64,000 nucleotides of DNA from Eledone cirrhosa (taxonomy: Eukaryota): assembly GCA_964016885.1 (NCBI GenBank), contig OZ024740.1, positions 437,038,001 through 437,102,000 on the forward strand, in the 5' to 3' direction. The position numbers and the translations under genes are program-made. Positions 27,304-44,270 of this stretch are shown here, one piece after another. The notes beneath the pieces are model-generated. The model was not told the origin of the DNA, did not search any database, and saw only the letters and a list, made by a program, of their open reading frames with translations. Position 1 is the stretch's first letter, and the number at the start of each line of letters is the position of its first letter.

Positions 27304-27760
27304 CTATTCTCAGCTAAGTCTCCAAGCAATGCGCGGACACTAGGGACTCATATAAAAATAATAATAATTCGGTGGATGGAACAGCTAGCGGGGACTTAAT
27401 TCCATGCACTGAAAAAGTTTGCTGTCTCTGGTCAAATGGCAGATTCTAAAGAATCAATCACGTGACACTGAGGCTAGTCGGAAGGAGTGGGTTGGTAAGA
27501 TGACAAAAGCCTACTACCACACCAATGAATTAGTAGTGGATTTGGCAGGTTTGCTCAACAAATAAATAATTTGGAGATAAATAGAGAGAATTAGTATATC
27601 TACCAACATATGCGTACAGATGTACACTAATGCTAGCAAATACATAAGTTATGTCATAGTAGCTAGGTGGTTCAATGCAGGAGGATGCAGAACAATTATA
27701 TGAAAAACGTAAAATAAGAAAATTTAAAAAAAAATTATAAATTAACTTACTAAAATTTTC

Positions 27761-27842
27761 ACTCCAACTAATTAGTTTCTGTAATGGGATAAAGATAGTT
27801 ACGTAATGTAACCATCGAGAATTCATTACGTCATCAGGGAGT
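27761..27842 (-). ncRNA. Family-A hammerhead, copy 2 (intact)
   Basis: actcc CTGATGA c-gtaatg...cattac-a GAAA ctaattag TT ggagt. Confidence 0.85.
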
Positions 27843-28419
27843 CTATTCTCAGCTAAGTCTCCAGGCAATGCGCGGACACTAGGGACTCATATAAAAATAA
27901 TAATAATTCGGTGGATGGAACAGCTAGCGGGGACTTAATTCCATGCACTGAAAAAGTTCGCTGTCTCTGGTCAAATGGCAGATTCTAAAGAATCAATCAC
28001 GTGACACTGAGGCTAGTCGGAAGGAGTGGGTTGGTAAGATGACAAAAGCCTACTACCACACCAATGAATTAGTAGTGGATTTGGCAGGTTTGCTCAACAA
28101 ATAAATAATTTGGAGATAAATAGAGAGAATTAGTATATCTACCAACATATGCGTACAGATGTACACTAATGCTAGCAAATACATAAGTTATGTCATAGTA
28201 GCTAGGTGGTTCAATGCAGGAGGATGCAAAACAATTATATGAAAGACGTAAAATAAGAAAATTTAAAAAAAAATTAAAATTTAAAAAAAACTTACTTACT
28301 AAAATTTTCACTCCAGCTAATTAGTTTCTGTAATGGGATAAAGATAGTTACGTAATGTAACTTATGTATTTGCTAGCATTAGTGTACATCTGTACGCATA
28401 TGTTGGTAGATATACTAAT

Positions 28420-28491
<72 letters not shown>

Positions 28492-28629
28492 GGGAGAAAG
28501 AGAGAAAGAGAGACTTATATATAATACATAAATATATACATATATAGTATATATAACAGAGATATTGTAATACAGTTTTTTCAATGCTTTTTTCTTCTCT
28601 ATATACATATCCATATTATATATTATGTG

Positions 28630-28675
<46 letters not shown>

Positions 28676-28723
28676 TATGTATGTATACGTACATACATAT
28701 ATGTATACAGACGTACAGTAGCA

Positions 28724-28787
<64 letters not shown>

Positions 28788-28956
28788 CACACACATATAT
28801 ACATACAGGTACACATACATATATGTACGTATCAGTTTAGCGGACGCTTATTATAGCGCCCGCTTTGTTCGTTTGTAAACAAACTGAACAGCCTGAATTT
28901 ATGCCGCACGTTGTTAAGGCAACCACGTCACCTTTTTGTTCAACACTGACACAGGA

Positions 28957-28999
28957 ACGATGTACTAGTTTCAAGCTTGTTAGCTATCATCAGCACCGT
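28957..28999 (-). ncRNA. Minimal type I hammerhead (family E) in a terminally redundant unit at 28672-29330
   Basis: acggtg CTGATGA tagct-aaca-agctt GAAA ctag TA catcgt. Confidence 0.88.
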
Positions 29000-29327
29000 A
29001 TACCCATCTGCCAGATAGTTGAACGTTCGAAAGTATATACTTTCCTTATGAAAATTAACGGCTGAGCAGCCTAATTTGCATATCGAGTGAGTTAAATCGG
29101 TCAGGCGCACCGAAAACGATGAGTTGTAATAAAATGAAAACGAAATTTCATTTCTCACTCTTAGTACGGCACTTACTTAAATGTAAGTATGTATGTATGT
29201 ATATATATATATGCATGCTACTGTACGTCTGTATACATATATGTATGTACGTATACATACATACTTACATTTAAGTAAGTGCCGTACTAAGAGTGAGAAA
29301 TGAAATTTCGTTTTCATTTTATTACAA

Positions 29328-29373
<46 letters not shown>

Positions 29374-29422
29374 TATATATACAGAGAGAGAGGGAGAGAG
29401 AAATAGATACATACATGCATAG

Positions 29423-29555
<133 letters not shown>

Positions 29556-30323
29556 ATCTACCAAAAGTTTACGGTAGTGTCCAATCCGTATGAAGAACTC
29601 AATGTAATCCGGATATCATGAAAAGAAGAGATGCATTCAAAAACCACTTTCGGTGAAAGATAAACGGAAAACAGTGTCAAGATAAATTATTAAAAAAATA
29701 ATGAAAAACAAAGAAACAGTTCCTTATATTAAACAAAAAAAGTTCATTATTTTACGATCGTTTCTAGGACATATATGTGTTAGAATTGGTATGCATATTC
29801 AAAAGATCTATGTACAAAATTATACAAACTATCAGAGGGAATATACATACCTTCACATATATATGCTGTCTTCAGAAATAATGATGCTTGTTTATTGATA
29901 ATAACAACAATTCAATACAATAGGTCTGTTTGGGAACAGATTTTGAATAGACCAATGAAATGGAGATTGAAATACATAAAAATCTATCAAGAAAATATAG
30001 TTAGGTGTGTGTATATGTATGTAAATACGCTCACAGATGTGCATATATGTGTATGCTCATATGTATACGTATAGTGAAAAAGTGTGTGTAAATCTAAAAT
30101 TTAGGGCTAATGTATCTGTATGTCTGTAATCAACAGACAGAATAGATACATCATAAGTATATGAATATTGAGGCGCTCACATAAAACACGCCCACACACA
30201 CTTACATTTAGATGCGGAAGTAAAAGAGGTAAGGGAATATAATAATTAAAGGAAAGTGTCAATCTATATATATATATATATATACGATATTAACAAATGG
30301 AAACTATATTTATAAAACCATAT

Positions 30324-30390
30324 TTATTTCATTATACATATTTCAAGGATACCAAGTTAAATTATGGTATGCCTTCATCAGACAAAATAA
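30324..30390 (-). ncRNA. Hammerhead (family F, Naiad pLTR type)
   Basis: ttattttgt CTGATGA agg-c-atacca...tggtat-c-ctt GAAA tatgta TA atgaaataa. Confidence 0.82.
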
Positions 30391-30645
30391 ATATATATCA
30401 GTTTTACAAATAAGCATTGACGTACCCTTTCAAAATGCGACCATTACTTTTGGAGGACATCAGGATAGTGGTTTGTTTATATTATTTTAGTAAGTCGTAG
30501 TGTTAAGGATAAGTACAAAAGACGGAGAGAGAGAGAAAAGCGTGGAGAAAAATGGAGAGATAGATAACGAAAAAGAGGAAAGAAAAGAAGAAAAAAGAAA
30601 AAATAAGAAAACAGAGGAAAGCAACAGAGAGATATCAAACCATCA

Positions 30646-30697
<52 letters not shown>

Positions 30698-30758
30698 ATG
30701 TTGTTTAGACAGTACCTTGCTCACAAGTGTCTTTTTTAAGCTTCATAGCATGTCTCCC

Positions 30759-30829
30759 TATTTTCTTTGATGAGAACGCAAATATCGTCCCTGGATGATA
30801 TTTGTTTTTGAAATGCGCATAATAAAATA
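30759..30829 (+). ncRNA. Hammerhead, family-F-like, C3>U
   Basis: tattttct TTGATGA gaa-c-gcaaatatcgtcc..ggatgatatttgt-t-ttt GAAA tgcgca TA ataaaata. Confidence 0.7.
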
Positions 30830-30944
30830 CATGGAACTTTTTTAACCATCTTTTAATTTCTTCTTATATATATATATATATGTCCCAAGGCTCTGATACC
30901 ATCAACACTATAAACACAGAGCTAGCATATCTAAGAACTTTCTA

Positions 30945-31000
30945 ACTGGCTGATGAGGTCATAGCCATTCAATGGCTATCATCGAAATATATATAGCAGT
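30945..31000 (+). ncRNA. Hammerhead, family-F-like
   Basis: actgg CTGATGA ggt-c-atagccat-tca-atggctat-c-atc GAAA tatata TA gcagt. Confidence 0.82.
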
Positions 31001-31210
31001 AAATAAAGGATTATGAGTTCATGCAATTGACTTATGTTTCGTCACTATATATATATATATATATATATAAGAGAGTATTGAAGTTTGCTTGAAGCATTGT
31101 GGTATTATAAAAAAAAAAAATTTGTCGATTTGGAAGCCTCAACAATGTAGATGGGTAAGTCTCCGGGTAACAGAATCCGGTGGTGAAGAGAGGGATGTAA
31201 GGGAATGTAG

Positions 31211-31319
<109 letters not shown>

Positions 31320-31371
31320 AGTGTGTGTGTGTGTATTATATATATATATATATAATATATAATATAGAAAT

Positions 31372-31422
31372 GGCTTCTACAGGACTAGAACTGTTTCATT
31401 CGGAGGAAATCATCAGAAAGCC
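31372..31422 (-). ncRNA. Family-B hammerhead
   Basis: ggcttt CTGATGA tttcctccgaat GAAA cag-ttctagtc-ctg TA gaagcc. Confidence 0.82.
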
Positions 31423-31469
31423 GACAGTGAATGTAAATTTCTGGTATTTATACATTTTGTCATAACTAT

Positions 31470-32446
31470 AGATTCCAGTTTAACTAAAGCCAACTTCTTA
31501 TATGTAACTCTCGATTTAGAAACCTCCCTTCATTATCCTACCACAAACCTAACGAATCCCTTAGATATATAGACGTTAACTCGAATCACCCCAAGAACAT
31601 CACAGATAATTTAGTTAAAAGTGTCTCCCTTAGGATTTCTGGCCTCTCCGCAAATGAGGATATCTTTAGGGCCGCGGCCCCCTATTAAAACGAAGCCTTA
31701 GCCCGTAGCGGTTCTTATCTCAGAATAGCCCCACGCCCACCCAGGAGAAATAGGAAGAGGCAAATTAGATGGTACAACCCCCTCCCCCCCTTCAACCGCG
31801 AGGTATCTACACCTATAGCAAAAACTTTCTTTACTCTATTGCACAAACACTTCCCCACCCAACATAGGTACTACACCATCTTTAATAAGAATACAATACA
31901 CCAAATCTAGCTAGGAACTTAGCCAATATTAATATTACTAAGTTAAATAAGTCTACTACCTCCGAAACCCATCCCGGTACGGAGGTCCTGTGCAACTGCC
32001 ACAATAAGGCTGCATGCCTCTTCAGCAATAAATGCCTTACAAAGGATATTGTATACAAATGTGATGTCATCTCAAGCCCTGATGAAGAGAGAAAGACGTA
32101 TATCGGGATGACCTCCAACAACTTTAAGACCCGTTGGTACGCACACACCCATTCTTTTCGACGCCCGGACAAGTCCAACCAAACAACACTCTACGCCCAT
32201 GTCTGGGACCTAAAAAGGAACTCCATCCCCTTTACGCTCAAATGGAAACTACTCCAGAGAGCACGGTCTTACACAGGAGGCCATAATTGTTGTGACCTTT
32301 GTATTTCCGAGAGTTACGAAATACTATTCGCCAAAGGACCCTTACTCAATAGACTCACAGAACACTGCCCGAATTGCATGCACAAAAACTATGCAACTTA
32401 CAAGTCATATAGACCAGTTCTTCCCCTGAACGATGATCCAATATGA
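31470..32446 (+). pseudogene. 5'-truncated Naiad-like PLE (RT end + GIY-YIG), frameshifted
   Basis: NFL.VTLDL, SNHP, WYNP, YIGMTSNNFKTRWYAH, CDLCISE; paralog of 4052-4870. Confidence 0.85.
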
Positions 32447-32668
32447 CAACGGAAGCGACATTAAACATTAAACACACTCCCCCGCGCCCCCTTCCATCCC
32501 AAGCCTACCTTCGTTTTGTTACCTTTCAAACTTATAACTTATACTTTACTTTTCTCTACTTGTATTTTATGTTACTTAATTTTAATTTATGTCATTTCAT
32601 GGTTTTTCATATCTTGATTGTTTCCTTAAATTTTCCCCTTTGTGTATTTTTATACGTGTTTATATGTG

Positions 32669-32711
<43 letters not shown>

Positions 32712-32713
<2 letters not shown>

Positions 32714-32900
32714 CGAAGGAAATGTGGTAAGGAACCAGATGGACCATAATGCACTAAAGTACTCAATACTTAGGGTAGTAGAGTCGGTAATAGGAACGAG
32801 TACGACACCGACGGCTGAGCTCAAGCCGTTTCGACGGCTAATTCTGTCCAGAATTAACCGTCGAAAAGGCTTGAGGTCAGCCGGCGAGGTCCTTCTCGTT

Positions 32901-32903
<3 letters not shown>
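32712..32903. mobile_element. Palindromic mini-insertion of the family-G pLTR 3' half
   Basis: Head-to-head agccgtcgaaacggcttgagctcagccgtcgg arms in (TA)n; see 57487-57592. Confidence 0.85.
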
Positions 32904-32951
<48 letters not shown>

Positions 32952-33001
32952 TGATTAAATCTTAGCCATTTAACATCTCAGGGTATGTCATGTATCATTA
33001 T

Positions 33002-33054
33002 ATTTTGTCTGATGAGGACGTACTGTTGTACCTCTGAAATATGTATAATAAAAT
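33002..33054 (+). ncRNA. Family-F hammerhead
   Basis: attttgt CTGATGA gga-c-gtac-tgtt-gtac-c-tct GAAA tatgta TA ataaaat. Confidence 0.85.
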
Positions 33055-33292
33055 TTAATTGATCAAAAGAACATCTATTTTATTAATATTTGTATTTTAA
33101 TATATATATATATATACGTATATGTGTGTATATGTATGAATGTATATATATGTGTGTGTATGTGTGTGTGCGTATATGTATATGTATGTATATGTATGTG
33201 TATGTGTATGTATATGTATGTATATATGTATATGTATGAGTGTGTATGTACATATATGTGCGTGTGTGTATATATATATATATATGTATATG

Positions 33293-33388
<96 letters not shown>

Positions 33389-33389
<1 letters not shown>

Positions 33390-33578
33390 AGGAGTAAGTA
33401 AGACCCCGACGGCTGAGCTCAAGCCGTTTCGACGGCTAATTCTGAGAATTAGCCGTCGAAACGGCTTGAGCTCAGCCGTCGGGGTCTTACTTACTCCTAT
33501 TTCCCACTCTACTACCCTAAGTATTGAGTACTTTGGTGCGTTATGGTCCACCTGGTTCCTTACCACTTTTCCCTCGCT
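33389..33578. mobile_element. Palindromic mini-insertion, family G
   Basis: ~55-bp inverted arms centred near 33443. Confidence 0.88.
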
Positions 33579-33697
33579 ATATATATATGTATGTATATAT
33601 ATGTATATATGTATATATATATATATATGTGTATGTATATATATGTATATATGTATATATATATATGTATGTGTGTGTGCATGTATGTATGTGTATT

Positions 33698-33746
<49 letters not shown>

Positions 33747-33750
<4 letters not shown>

Positions 33751-34455
33751 TAAAACGTGTCTATAGAATCAATCAGATATTAAAATATATACTATTTCTT
33801 CCTCTAATCAGCATAATTAACCATATACATAATCAAATCTAGCAAGCTTTAAGAGTAAATTTTCTAACTGGGAAATCTCCGACAAATAATTGACCGCAGC
33901 CAGTTCGCGTTAACTCCGTTCCATTATTTATCAAATATTTCGGCCGCATGCAGAATCCGATCAAACATACCGTCAACCGCGCGTAATTAGTAGTAAAATT
34001 AAACTTCGAAGAAATGCGCACATACCGTAATTATATCTAGACCATGGTTTCTTCCTTGTTTAGGACATCCAAATGATATGGATTTTCCTGAGTCAGGATT
34101 TTCTTCAGGAGACAAACTCATAAATAGACATTTAATTTCTCGGACAGACCCCGCCAAATTTAGATTCAAAAATGGCTAGGATCGCTATGTAGCTGTGTAC
34201 CAGCCAGAGAGAAAGCGTGTGATTGGTCGCTTACGGCGGGTAGGCATGCTGCTAGAAAGCGCAGCCATATATCGCCAAATTTAATCTCAACCGATAGGGA
34301 GATTATCAAATATAGAGGTTATCACATACATAAAATTTAATTAAATTAAATCAATGATACATATATGTATTGCAACTGTTCACTTTTAAGCTCAATGAAG
34401 AATTAATAAGTTAAAATCAAAAGATCAGAGCATTACATCATAAAACGTGTCTATA
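33747..34455 (-). mobile_element. 690-bp non-coding HHR unit with 19-nt terminal redundancy
   Basis: atcataaaacgtgtctata at 33747 and 34437; flanked by (TA)n. Confidence 0.75.
34034..34114 (-). ncRNA. Hammerhead (family H) with extended stem II
   Basis: tgtctc CTGAAGA aaa-tcct..agga..atcca..tggat..tcct..agga-a GAAA ccatgg TC tagata; palindromic stem III, GUC triplet. Confidence 0.75.
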
Positions 34456-34571
34456 TATATATATATAGCGAGGGAAAAGTGGTAAGGAACCAGGTGGACC
34501 ATAACGCACCAAAGTACTCAATACTTAGGGTAGTAGAGTGGGTAATAGGAGTACGGGGTCTTACTTACTCC

Positions 34572-38009
<3,438 letters not shown>

Positions 38010-38297
38010 CCTAAAGAGATTACGCAATAGTGATTGCCTAAACACGAGAAGTGAATTTTTCACACGTTGTCCACACGTCACCAAACATCTATTGCATAAC
38101 TACAAGGCTCCGGACTGATTCTTTGTAATTTTTTTTTTTTTTTTATTTTATTTTCAAACTAAAAACTTTCCGGACTTTCGCAGTTATCTCCCTTACACCC
38201 TCCGCACGCAGTCTAGTATTGCCTGTGTGAAGTGACCGAGCTTCTGCGCATGCGCGTTCGTACGGTTGTCCTTCCTGTTCCTATAACCATACACATC

Positions 38298-38337
38298 CCG
38301 AGCTCAAGATCTGCGAAGGTGAAACAATTGTTCTCGG
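38298..38337 (+). ncRNA. Hammerhead with G5>C lesion in Naiad-like 3' end (38010-38370)
   Basis: ccgag CTCAAGA tctgcgaaggt GAAA caattg TT ctcgg; accatac/gtatggt extends stem I. Confidence 0.65.
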
Positions 38338-38366
38338 TATGGTGAATTACCTGTTATGTCACCTCT

Positions 38367-38445
<79 letters not shown>

Positions 38446-38659
38446 CTGTAAGAGTTTGTGTATATGTATATATGTGTATATATGTGTGTATACGTATATG
38501 TATGTGTATATATATATATATATGTATATGTACGTATATATATATACATGTGTGTATGTGTGTCTGTATATATGTATTTGTATGTGTAAATATGTATTTA
38601 TGTGCGTATGTGTGTGTGTGTGTTAAAAGTTTTCTTGATAGAATGAAATTGACAAACCA

Positions 38660-39235
38660 AGTCACCAACAACAACAACAACAGTAACAACAACAACACCA
38701 ACAGTAACAACAACAACAATTACAATAACAACAACACCACCAACATTAATAACAACAACAATTACAGTAGCAACAACAACAGTAACAACAACAACACCAA
38801 CAGTAACAACAACAACAATTACAATAACAACAACACCACCAACATTAATAACAACAACAATTACAGTAGCAACAACAACAGTAACAACAACAACATCAAC
38901 AGTAACAACAACAATTACAGTAACAACAACAACAATAACAACAACAACAGTAGCAACAACAACACCAACAACAACAAAAAAAACAGTAACAACAACAGTA
39001 ACAATAACAGCATCAACAGTAACAACAACAACAACAGTAACAACAACAATAACAACAATAACAGTAACAACAACAACAGTTACAACCACAACAACAAAAA
39101 CAACAGCAGTAACAACAACAACAGTAACAACAACAACACCATAAGTAACCACCACCACAACAACAATAACAACAACAGTAACAACAACAACAATAACAGC
39201 AACAACAAGAGTAACAACAATAACAACAACAACCA
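38660..39235. repeat. (AAC)n-rich trinucleotide tract
   Basis: Directly visible. Confidence 0.95.
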
Positions 39236-39324
39236 GAAAGAGAGAGAAGTATGTTAGATGTATCGTATCTGATGTGTCTCGTGGCTTTCTAACTTAATAT
39301 CTCCAGTGAACTTTAAACAATATA

Positions 39325-40587
39325 GTTATTGTTGTTGTTGTTACTGTGGTGGTGGTGGTGATGGTGGTTGGGGGGGGGATGGTGGGGGTGCTGGGTGCTG
39401 GTGGTGGTGGTGGTTGTGGTGGTGGTGTTGGTGTTGGTGGTGGTAGTTGTGGTGGTAGTGGTGGTGGTGGTGGTGGTGGTTTTGGGGTGTGGTGGTGGTG
39501 GTGGTGGTGGTAGTGGTAGTAGTGGTGGTGCTAATAGTGGTAGTAGTGGTGGTAGTAGTAGTGGTGGTAGTAGCGGTGGTAGTGGTGGTGTTAGTAGTGG
39601 TGGAAGTAGTGGTGGTGTTAGTAGTGGTAGTAGTGGTGGTAGTAGTAGTAGTGGTGGTGTGGTGGTGGTGGTGGTAGTAGTGGTGGTTGTAGTGGTGGTA
39701 GTAGAGGTGGTAGTATTGGTGGTAGTAGTGGTGGTAGTAGTGGTGGTAGTGGTGGTGGTAGTGGTGGTAGTAGTAGTGGTGATGCTAGTGGTGATGGTAG
39801 TGGTGGTGGTAGTGGTGGTGGTAGTGGTGGTGGTAGTGGTGGTGGTAGTCGTGGTGGTAGTCGTGGTGGTGGTGGTGGTGGTAGGGGTGGTGGTAGTAGT
39901 GGTAGTAGTGGTGGTAGTGGTGGTGGTAGTAGCGGTGGTGGTGGTAGTAGTAGCGGTGGTAGTAGTGGTGGTGGTAGTAGTAGTGGTGGTAGTAGTGGTG
40001 GTGGTAGTAGTGGTAGTAGTGTTGGTAGTAGTAGTGGTACTAGTGGTGGTGTTAGTAGTGGTGGTAGTAGTGATGGTAGTAGTGGTGGTAGTAGTGGGGG
40101 TAGTAGTGGTGGTAGTAGTAGTTGTAGTAGTGGTGGTGGTAGTGGTGGTGGTAGTGGTGGTGGAAGTAGCGGTAGTAGTGGTGGTGGTAGTGATGGTGTA
40201 GTGGTGGTGGTAGTAGTGATGGTACTAGTGGTGGTAGTAGTGGTGGTAGTAGTGGTGGTAGTAGTGGTGGTATTGGTGGTGGTAGTGGTGGTAGTAGTGG
40301 TGGTGGTAGTGATGGTGGTAGTGATGGTGGTAGTGGTGGTGGTAGTTGTGATGGTAGTAGTGGTGGTAGTAGCGGTGGTGGTAGTGGTGGTAGTGGTGGA
40401 GGTAGTAGTGGTGGTAGTGGTGGTAGTAGTAGTGGTGATGCTAGTGGTGATGGTAGTGGTGGTGGTAGTAGTGGTGGTAATGGTGGTGGTAGTGATGGTG
40501 GTAGTGGTGATAGTTGTGATGGTAGTAGTGGTGGTAGTAGTGGTGGAGGTAGTGGTGGTAGTGGTGGAGGTAGTAGTGGTGGCGGTG
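39325..40587. repeat. (GTG/GTA)n trinucleotide tract
   Basis: Directly visible. Confidence 0.95.
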
Positions 40588-40857
40588 TACATACACACAG
40601 GTAAACCCACACACATTAACGAATAAGAATCAAACTGTTATTAAATGCAACAATTCCCCCCCCCCTCTGACTCAATATATAGCATAAACATACACACACA
40701 TATACAAACGCACACATATAGATATACATACATACACATATAGATATACATACATACACATATATTAGTTATGTATACAGTTAGATATACATACACACAT
40801 ATAGATATACATACATACACATATATTAGTTATGTAATAAACAACATAAGATAATTA

Positions 40858-40917
40858 TCTCATTTACCAGTGGTTTCTTCAAAGCAAGCAAAATGTGCTT
40901 TCAGTCATCAGAATGAA
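40858..40917 (-). ncRNA. Hammerhead (family I)
   Basis: tttcatt CTGATGA ctgaaagca...tgctttgaa GAAA ccactgg TA aatgaga. Confidence 0.8.
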
Positions 40918-41062
40918 AAAATCCCGGTGTATTTATTGACAGTTGATTTTAAAAACAAAAATATAATCTATATGAAAGTGAGGTTGGAAAAGGAAGAAGG
41001 AAACGAAAAGTAATAAATATAAAAGTAGATAAACACACATGCACACACACATATACATACAC

Positions 41063-41146
<84 letters not shown>

Positions 41147-41321
41147 AATAGGATTTCGCTTCAAGCATAGCTTTATACAATGTGTTTAAATATTTCGTAT
41201 CTCCAAGGAAATACGGTTTTAGGAAGCCGTAGCTATGTAAACACCGGGGGGGGGGGAGCTAACGCCCTCTGGTGATGTCCAGCAGAAGCAAGTGGGACAA
41301 CAGTCTATGCATTTCAGGCTT

Positions 41322-41424
41322 TATCATCAACATCACCATCATCATCATCACCATCATCATCATCACCATCATCACCACCATCATCACCATCATCATCGCC
41401 ATCACCCATCATCAACATCATCAC

Positions 41425-41456
<32 letters not shown>

Positions 41457-41900
41457 CCATCACCATCATCATCACCATCATCATCACCACCACCATCACC
41501 ATCATCCCCATCATCATCGCCACCACCATCATCACCATCATCACCATCATCACCATCACCATCATCACCATCATCACCATCATCACCATCACCATCTTCA
41601 CCATCACCATTATTATCACCATCATCATCACCATCACCATCAACATCACCATCATCATCACCATCATCATCACCATCACCATCACCATAATCACCATCAT
41701 CATTATTATCACCATCATCATCATCACCACCATCAACATCACCATCATCATCACCATCATCATCACCATCACCATCACCATAATCACCACCATCACATTC
41801 ACTATCATCACCATCATTACCATCATCATCACCATCATCATCACCATCATCACCTTCATCATCGCCACCACCATCACCCTCATCATCATCATCATCACCA
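41322..41900. repeat. (CAT/CAC)n tract
   Basis: Directly visible; second tract at 42885-43800. Confidence 0.95.
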
Positions 41901-41953
41901 CCTATGCAAACACCGGGGCTAACACCCTTTGGCCTTCACGAAATTTCTATACA

Positions 41954-42861
41954 TCTATATATATAAAATTGTCTGTCTGTCTATCGATTTTTGGCACACA
42001 TCTCCTCTTAGAATCTCTCACGGAATTGCACCGAAATTGCTAGACTTGTACATTGAGCCCTAGCGAAGACATCGGAAAAAAAAAATTTCAAATTCACCCA
42101 CCCTATGTGACGAAATCGAATATAATGTATCGATTTTTGAGCGTAAGTGATCAGTTATTTCCCTTTGTTCTGTTTACATTGAGCGTCTTACGTAAAAAAT
42201 TACGCTGGCTTTAACAGTTGTTGAGCCAGCAAAATATTGACCTGCAAAATTCATCAGTTCGAACACTAAGCTTCCGTTTTGCTTCATTTCCATTTAAAAG
42301 CATTTTAAAACAATATTTTTACTTGAAAACAAGTCTATTTAAAGACTACGTAAAACAAGCAAATATTTCGTCGTTAGGCGTGCAGACAGACAGTCGTGCA
42401 GACAGATAGTCGTGCAGAGAGGTGATATACGCGTGCAGACAGACAGTCGTGCAGAGAGGTGATATAGGCGTGCAGACAGACAGTCGTGCAGAGAGGTGAT
42501 ATAGGCGTGCAGACAGATAGTCGTGCAGAGAGGTGATATAGGCGTGCAGACAGACATAACTGATAATTTGGTTACGCTAATGTTTTTCTCTGCGTTGCAG
42601 TGTTTACATTTTCGATCTTTGTTAATAAATAACCAGTGCAGTTTCTATCCCCAGCATCCTCTTTTGTTATAACATTCGGGTTATCGTTATGTTTTCTTAA
42701 CTTCATAAGGCATATTGTTGGTTGAGGGAATATTAATCAAAAACACCACATGCAAGTCTGCACAGTAGACACTACAGTTTTTAAGCCAAGAAAGAAACTT
42801 AACATTGTAACTTTAACACAGCTACTGAGCGACCCCGAGCAACGCCGGGCTTTACTGCTAG
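41954..42861 (+). mobile_element. Non-autonomous Helitron
   Basis: 5' A|TCtatatatataaaa + (gtct)n; 3' hairpin cccgagcaacgccggg then CTAG|T; internal ~37-bp minisatellite at 42378-42555. Confidence 0.8.
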
Positions 42862-43896
42862 TATTTTATAAAGCTAGGCTTGAAATCATCATCATAGTCA
42901 TCATCATCATAGTCATTGTCATCATAGTCATCGTCATCATAGTCATCATCATCATAGTCATCATCATCATAGTCATTGTCATCATAGGCATCATCATCAT
43001 AGTCATTGTCATCATAGTCATCATCATCATAGTCATTGTCATCATAGTCATCATCATCATAGTCATCATCATCATAGTCATCGTCATCATAGTCATCATC
43101 ATCATAGTCATTGTCATCATAGTCATCATCACCAGAGTCATCATCATCACCATCATCACCATCATCATCATCATCATCACCATCATCATCACCATCATCA
43201 TCACCATCATCACCATCATCACCATCATCACCATCATCGCCACCATTATCACCATCATCATTATCATCATCACCACTACCATCACCAACATCATCATCAT
43301 CACCACCATCATCATCATCATCACTATCATCACCATCACCATCATCATCACCATCATCACCATCAAACCATCATACCATCATCACCATCACCATCACCAC
43401 CATCCTAACCATCCTAACCATCCTAACCATCAGACCATCATCACCATCACCATCATCATCACCATCATCACCATCGCCATCGCCATCACCATCACCATCA
43501 CCATCACCACCACCATTACCATCATCATCACCATCAACATCACCATCACCACCATCACCATCACCATCACCATTACCATCACCATCATCATCACCAACAC
43601 CATCATCACCACCATCACCATCACCATCATTACCATCACACCATCATCACCATCATCACCATCATCACCATCATCACCACCATCATCATCACCACCATCA
43701 TCATCATCATCAACATCACCATCACCATCACCATCATCATCATCACCATCACCATCATCATCATTACCACCACCATCACCATCACCATCACCATTATCAT
43801 AACATTGTTTCGGGAATTAATATCAAATATAGAAATAATTGTTTACTTTATAACGGGAATATTAATCTATAATTGTTACATTTGTCATTATTATTA

Positions 43897-44270
43897 TTGG
43901 CGGTGGATTGGCAGTAACGGTGGAGGGTAGGACGCCATGTTAGGGCGGTGGATTGGCAGTATCGGTGGAGGGTAGGACGCCATGTTAGGGCGGTGGATTG
44001 GCAGTATCGGTGGAGGGTAGGACTCCATGATAGGGCGGTGGATTGGCAGTATCGGTGGAGGGTAGGACGCCATGATAGGGCGGTGGATTGGCAGTATCGG
44101 TGGAGGGTTGAACGCCATGCTTTCTAGCACAGTTACGTCCCATTACAGTCTGAGTTCAAATCCCGCCGAGGTTAACTTTGCCTTTCATCCTTACGGGGTC
44201 GATAAAATAAAGTACCAGTAATGTACTGGATATTTGCTGGCCTTGTGCCTAAAGTAGAAACCATTATTAG
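43897..44270 (+). mobile_element. tRNA-derived SINE with five tandem 45-bp copies of its 5' head
   Basis: ggcggtggattggcagtatcggtggagggtaggacgccatg x5, then B box gagttcaaatcc and gcctttcatcc..ggggtcgataaaataaagtaccag. Confidence 0.85.

Larger units (their letters stand above)
27158..28430 (-). mobile_element. Tandem 539-bp non-coding HHR units (~2.2 copies) with terminal inversion; retrozyme-like
   Basis: gtcatcaggg at 27291 and 27830; third partial copy to 28361; 28362-28425 inverts 28125-28190. Confidence 0.85.

Noticed and set aside
38382-43802. Poly-N, poly-V, poly-H and poly-I ORFs
   Set aside because: Trinucleotide tracts open in several frames on both strands; no domain or splice evidence
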